DNA of 32,000 bases from Synechocystis sp. PCC 6803 substr. PCC-P (GTDB lineage: Bacteria > Cyanobacteriota > Cyanobacteriia > Cyanobacteriales > Microcystaceae): the NCBI RefSeq assembly GCF_000284455.1, contig NC_017039.1, forward strand, positions 1,260,001 through 1,292,000, in the 5' to 3' direction. Positions 28,461 to 32,000 of the stretch are shown piece by piece. Each line of letters starts with the position of its first letter. The stretch's first letter is position 1. The notes under the pieces were generated by a model. It had not been told where the DNA came from. It made no database searches and saw only the letters and a list, made by a program, of their open reading frames with translations. Made by a program: the position numbers and the translations under genes.

Positions 28461-29426
28461 CTAGGCTTTCCCCGTGTAGATATGTAAGGGTTCTTTGACA
28501 AAGCGAATGTAAAAGTGTTTGAACGTGGAACGCAACACCCTAGGCAGGCCAAAATCAATGGGCATCAACACTTCCGGTAGTTTCCAATTATCTACCACTA
28601 ACTCCCGGGGATGGGATAAGGGAAAGGTCAATTCAGCCGCAGTGGGATTTAGTCCTAGGCGCTCCTGGGCCGCCATGGTGGGAATAGTAGCGGGGTCTAG
28701 TTGCAAAATATCGGTAATAACAAAATCCAAGGCAAACACGTCGGGGCTAGCGGCCAATAACCCCACTTCCCTGGGGTCGCCGTGCATGGGGCCATTGCCT
28801 TCATGGGCCATAATGCCATCCAAAATACTCAAATCCGGGGCGATCGCCTTGGCCGTTTCCACCAGCATTTCCCCAAAGCGATTCGCATCTTTGCCCGCCT
28901 CCATATGCCACCAAGCTTTCATTTTGCCGGGGACGCAACCGAATAAATTTTTAACCCCCATGGTCATGGTCAATTGGGCATGGGACTTGAGTTTGGGCAG
29001 GTTAATCACCACATCCGCATCCATGGCCTCCTTGGACAAGCGCAAATGGTTAAAACTATCACTATCGGTGGCGTAGCGTCCCCCTCGGAATTCCACAATG
29101 GGAATGTCTAACGCTTGCAACAGAGGTAAGTAACCGTTATTTTCTGCCACGCCCCGAGCCGAACCAAACGCAGGACTGTCCCCCATGAAAGGTTTACCGC
29201 CCGCTTCCTGCACCAGTTGGGCCACGGCGGCCACCACTTCGGGGCGGGTAATACATTCTCTGCCCGGCCGATTGCCAGTCAACAAATTGGGCTTCAGCAA
29301 AACCCGATCGCCTGGTTTGACGAAGTTGCCCATGCCCCCCAAGGGTTCGAGTAAAGTTCTTAGGGAAGCCAGCAAACTGCCCGCTTCGTAGGATTGGGAC
29401 CGGAGCAAGCTAACGGATTTGACCAT
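28461..29426 (-). CDS. DUF362 domain protein
   Basis: 321 aa: 'VLLKPNLLTGNRPGRECITRPEVVAAVAQLVQEAGG', 'GDSPAFGSARGVAENNGY', 'DADVVINLPKLKSHAQLTMTMGVKNLFGCVPG'. Confidence 0.88.
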   Translation of the reverse strand: MVKSVSLLRSQSYEAGSLLASLRTLLEPLGGMGNFVKPGDRVLLKPNLLTGNRPGRECITRPEVVAAVAQLVQEAGGKPFMGDSPAFGSARGVAENNGYLPLLQALDIPIVEFRGGRYATDSDSFNHLRLSKEAMDADVVINLPKLKSHAQLTMTMGVKNLFGCVPGKMKAWWHMEAGKDANRFGEMLVETAKAIAPDLSILDGIMAHEGNGPMHGDPREVGLLAASPDVFALDFVITDILQLDPATIPTMAAQERLGLNPTAAELTFPLSHPRELVVDNWKLPEVLMPIDFGLPRVLRSTFKHFYIRFVKEPLHIYTGKA

Positions 29427-29567
29427 GGTGGCGGAGGTTGATTGTAAACAAATATGAATATAAACCTATTCCCGATTCTAGTCACATCCGGCTCAAGATG
29501 CCAATTTTGGGGACAATTTTTGCTAAGGCTACAATGAAGCTTAAGACAAATGATTGAGGAAGGTTGC

Positions 29568-30029
29568 ATGGTTGCTGAACTCCGCAAAACCAATACAAAT
29601 CTTTATGAGACAGACTACAATCTTTGGGTTTTAGAAACTGTCGCCAAGTTGAAAAGTCGAGACTTGGATGGTCTAGATTGGGACAATTTAATTGAGGAGG
29701 TGGAGGATTTGAGTCGGCGCGACAAAAAAAAGCTTAAAAGTCTTTTACGTCTACTGTGTGAACATCTTCTTAAACTCACATATTGGCAATCTGAGCTTCA
29801 AAGGAATGAAGGCCATTGGAGGAGAGAAATTCGTAATTTCCGGAAACAGATTAATGAAGAGTTAGAAAGTAGTCCAAGTTTACGAAACTATCTTAGTGAC
29901 ATCTTTGATAAATGTTATCGTGATGGGAGAGAATTGGCTGCTGACCAATCCGAACTTCCTCTCAGCATCTTTCCCGAACACCCCATTGCTACCCTTGAGC
30001 AGGTACTGGATGAAGATTGGTTGCCCTAG
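29568..30029 (+). CDS. DUF29 family protein, copy 1 of 4
   Basis: From ATG 29568, 153 aa: 'MVAELRKTNTNLYETDYNLWVLETVAKLKSRDLDGLDWDNLIEEVEDLSRRDKKKLKSLLRLLCEHLLKL'. Confidence 0.93.
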   Translation: MVAELRKTNTNLYETDYNLWVLETVAKLKSRDLDGLDWDNLIEEVEDLSRRDKKKLKSLLRLLCEHLLKLTYWQSELQRNEGHWRREIRNFRKQINEELESSPSLRNYLSDIFDKCYRDGRELAADQSELPLSIFPEHPIATLEQVLDEDWLP

Positions 30030-30167
30030 GCGCACCGCGTAGCGGATCTCTGCGAGATCGCCAGATAATTCATTTCGATTTATAGATGGTACTACCATTG
30101 ATTGGGTAGAAGCTAGAATAAAATTTACAACTAATTAACGAGGTCAACACTATGGTTGCTGAACTCC
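30003..30167 (+). repeat. DUF29 junction repeat, copy A
   Basis: Ungapped match to 31138-31302 with 3 mismatches that I count by eye (30040, 30092, 30136). Spans end of gene 1, the intergenic region and start of gene 2. Confidence 0.93.
30029..30059. repeat. Small palindromic element (double hairpin), copy A
   Basis: GGCGCACCGCGTAGCGGATCTCTGCGAGATC: stems CCGC-GTA-GCGG and GATCTC-TGC-GAGATC. Absent from the corresponding gene 2 end. Confidence 0.75.
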
Positions 30168-30628
30168 GCAAAACAAATCAAAATCTTTATGAGACAGATT
30201 ACAATCTTTGGGTTTTAGAAACTGTTGTCAAACTAAAAAATAAAGATTTAGATAATCTGGATTGGGAGAATTTAATTGAGGAGGTAGAGGATTTGAGTCG
30301 GCGGGATAAAAAAAAGCTCAAAAGTCTTTTGAGGTTATTATTTGAACATTTATTAAAATTGTCCTATTGGAAAAGTGAGGAGCAGAACAATCGTAATCAT
30401 TGGGAGGCCGAGATTATTAATTTTCGTCAATTGATTGAGGATGAATTAGCAGATAGTCCTAGTCTCAAAGTTTATTTGCAAGAAATTTGGCAAGAATGTT
30501 ACCAGTATGGGCGCAAGATCGCGGCTAAGCGTTCTCAACTTCCCCTCAGTACATTTCCAGAGGAACCCATTGCTACCCTTGAACAAATATTGAATGAAGA
30601 TTGGTTGCCCTATGCGATCGCCAGATAA
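30152..30628 (+). CDS. DUF29 family protein, copy 2 of 4
   Basis: 158 aa, same family, ends 'EQILNEDWLPYAIAR', 5 residues longer than copies 1 and 3. Confidence 0.93.
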   Translation: MVAELRKTNQNLYETDYNLWVLETVVKLKNKDLDNLDWENLIEEVEDLSRRDKKKLKSLLRLLFEHLLKLSYWKSEEQNNRNHWEAEIINFRQLIEDELADSPSLKVYLQEIWQECYQYGRKIAAKRSQLPLSTFPEEPIATLEQILNEDWLPYAIAR

Positions 30629-30702
30629 TGAGGCAAATCGTGTGCCCACTCATTGAGTGGAAGCTAAAATAAGATTGACGATTAATCATTTGGGAAAACA
30701 GC

Positions 30703-31164
30703 ATGGTTGCCGAACTCCGCAAAACTAATACAAGTCTTTATGAGACGGATTACAATCTTTGGATTCTAGAAACCGTACAAAAGTTGCAATGCCGAGATTT
30801 AGAGAATCTAGACTGGGAATATTTGATTGAGGAGGTATTAAGCTTGAGTCGGCGAGATAGGCACAAACTAGCTAGTTTGCTAACCAGACTATTCGAGCAT
30901 TTATTAAAGTTGGGCTATTGGCATTCAGAAAAAGAAAGAAACCGAAACCATTGGAGGCGAGAAATTCGCAATTTTCGTCTTCAAATTGACCGATTGCTAA
31001 GTGACAGCCCAAGCCTAAAACCTTATTTGTCAGAGATTTTTGATAAATGTTACAAAAATGGCATAAGTTTAGCTTCTGATAGTTCGGGCTTATCGATTGA
31101 AAATTTTCCCGAACAACCCATTGCTACCTTTGAACAAGTACTGGATGAAGATTGGTTGCCCTAG
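30703..31164 (+). CDS. DUF29 family protein, copy 3 of 4
   Basis: 153 aa, start and stop exactly 1135 bp after those of copy 1. 'NTSLYETDYNLWILETVQKLQCRDLENLDWEYLIEEVLSLSRRDRHKL'. Confidence 0.93.
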   Translation: MVAELRKTNTSLYETDYNLWILETVQKLQCRDLENLDWEYLIEEVLSLSRRDRHKLASLLTRLFEHLLKLGYWHSEKERNRNHWRREIRNFRLQIDRLLSDSPSLKPYLSEIFDKCYKNGISLASDSSGLSIENFPEQPIATFEQVLDEDWLP

Positions 31165-31302
31165 GCGCACCGCGCAGCGGATCTCTGCGAGATCGCCAGA
31201 TAATTCATTTCGATTTATAGATGGTATTACCATTGATTGGGTAGAAGCTAGAATAAAATTTACAACTAATCAACGAGGTCAACACTATGGTTGCTGAACT
31301 CC
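31138..31302 (+). repeat. DUF29 junction repeat, copy B
   Basis: Match to 30003-30167 at a constant offset of 1135 bp with 3 mismatches. Confidence 0.93.
31164..31194. repeat. Small palindromic element (double hairpin), copy B
   Basis: GGCGCACCGCGCAGCGGATCTCTGCGAGATC. Only difference from copy A is in the first hairpin's loop (GCA versus GTA). Confidence 0.75.
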
Positions 31303-31751
31303 ACAAAACCAATACAAATCTTTATGAGACAGATTACAATCTTTGGGTTTTAGAAACTGTTGCTAAACTTAAAAATCAAGACTTGGATGCTCTAGATTGG
31401 GAAAATTTAATTGAGGAGGTAGAAGATTTGAGTCGGCGCGATAAACATAAATTACAAAGTCTTCTCAATCATATTTTTGAACATCTCCTTTTGATTGTTT
31501 ACTGGCAAGCAGAATTTATCCGGAATCAAGGGCATTGGGAAAGGAAAATCTTGAATTTCCGCCTACAGCTTCTCCAGGTGTTAGAGGATAATCCGAGTTT
31601 ACGTAACTATGCAAGAGACTATTTAGTGGAGGGGTACAAAAAAGGTAGAAAATTAGCAGCTAAACATTCTCAACTTCCCCTCAGTAAATTTCCAGAGGAG
31701 CCCATTGCTACCCTTGAACAAGTACTGGATGAAGATTGGTTGCCACAGTAG
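31287..31751 (+). CDS. DUF29 family protein, copy 4 of 4
   Basis: 154 aa, start exactly 1135 bp after copy 2. 'MVAELHKTNTNLYETDYNLWVLETVAKLKNQDLDALDWENLIEEVEDLSRRDKHKL'. Confidence 0.93.
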   Translation: MVAELHKTNTNLYETDYNLWVLETVAKLKNQDLDALDWENLIEEVEDLSRRDKHKLQSLLNHIFEHLLLIVYWQAEFIRNQGHWERKILNFRLQLLQVLEDNPSLRNYARDYLVEGYKKGRKLAAKHSQLPLSKFPEEPIATLEQVLDEDWLPQ

Positions 31752-31891
31752 TCTTTAAATGGGGTCGTCATTTGGTCAGTCTTGGAAAGAGACTCTGTTA
31801 AGGTTAAGTTTTTTTGAGGACACGTTTCGCCTAAGTAAATTTGAAGCATGATATTAGAATATATGATTTTACTCGTAATAACTAAAGATTT

Positions 31892-32000
31892 ATGACTCAA
31901 ACTGAGATTATTAAGTTACACATTGGCGGCAAAGAAGTCTCCCCTGAATGGAGGATTGTTGATGTTTTAGATCGTCCAGAGGTTGATTATGTTTGCAATG
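31892..32000 (+). CDS. 5' end of a CDS, possibly a SAM-dependent methyltransferase, truncated by the window
   Basis: 'MTQTEIIKLHIGGKEVSPEWRIVDVLDRPEVDYVCN' resembles the 'LHIGG....W.i.DI......D.V.D..DL' N-terminus of small predicted methyltransferases. Confidence 0.45.
   Translation, partial: MTQTEIIKLHIGGKEVSPEWRIVDVLDRPEVDYVCN

Noticed and set aside
29571-31751. Regularly recurring similar segments considered as a CRISPR array
   Set aside because: Repeats are whole DUF29 genes at about 550-580 bp spacing, with no short direct repeats, spacers or cas genes nearby.
1-32000. tRNA or rRNA genes
   Set aside because: A visual scan for T-loop-like GGTTCGAnTCC and its complement in the intergenic gaps gave no convincing hit. 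A tRNAscan/Infernal run would be decisive.

Overview
The window matches a cyanobacterial chromosome. Gene content and order look like Synechocystis sp. PCC 6803 or a very close relative; this is from memory, no database was searched. It is mostly housekeeping: an M16 peptidase 5' end, a cobalamin riboswitch with a HupE/UreJ-type transporter, ispG, gyrB interrupted by a 435-aa HNH-type intein, crr7, psbY, a methylenetetrahydrofolate reductase-like gene, a GT39 glycosyltransferase, cysteine/cystine lyase (C-DES), a Tab2-family gene, an orphan Dam-like methylase, an IS5-type insertion sequence, two SDR genes, a NarL-type regulator with a divergent MASE1/GAF histidine kinase, sppA, ycf51, hemA, a family-5 solute-binding lipoprotein and a DUF362 gene. 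The least explained parts are: (1) four tandem DUF29 genes at 29568-31751. Genes 1->3 and 2->4 are offset by exactly 1135 bp. The junctions after genes 1 and 3 are almost identical (3 mismatches in 165 bp) although the flanking coding sequence has diverged, and both junctions carry a 24-bp-net double-hairpin element where the gene 2 end has a plain HIP1 octamer. (2) A translationally overlapping two-gene cassette, small acidic protein plus HNH protein, at 2486-3251. (3) A pteridine-reductase-like SDR. (4) An IS element with recognisable terminal inverted repeats and an apparent CTTAG duplication, abutting that SDR gene. I found no convincing CRISPR array, tRNA or rRNA, and no clear large new defence system.
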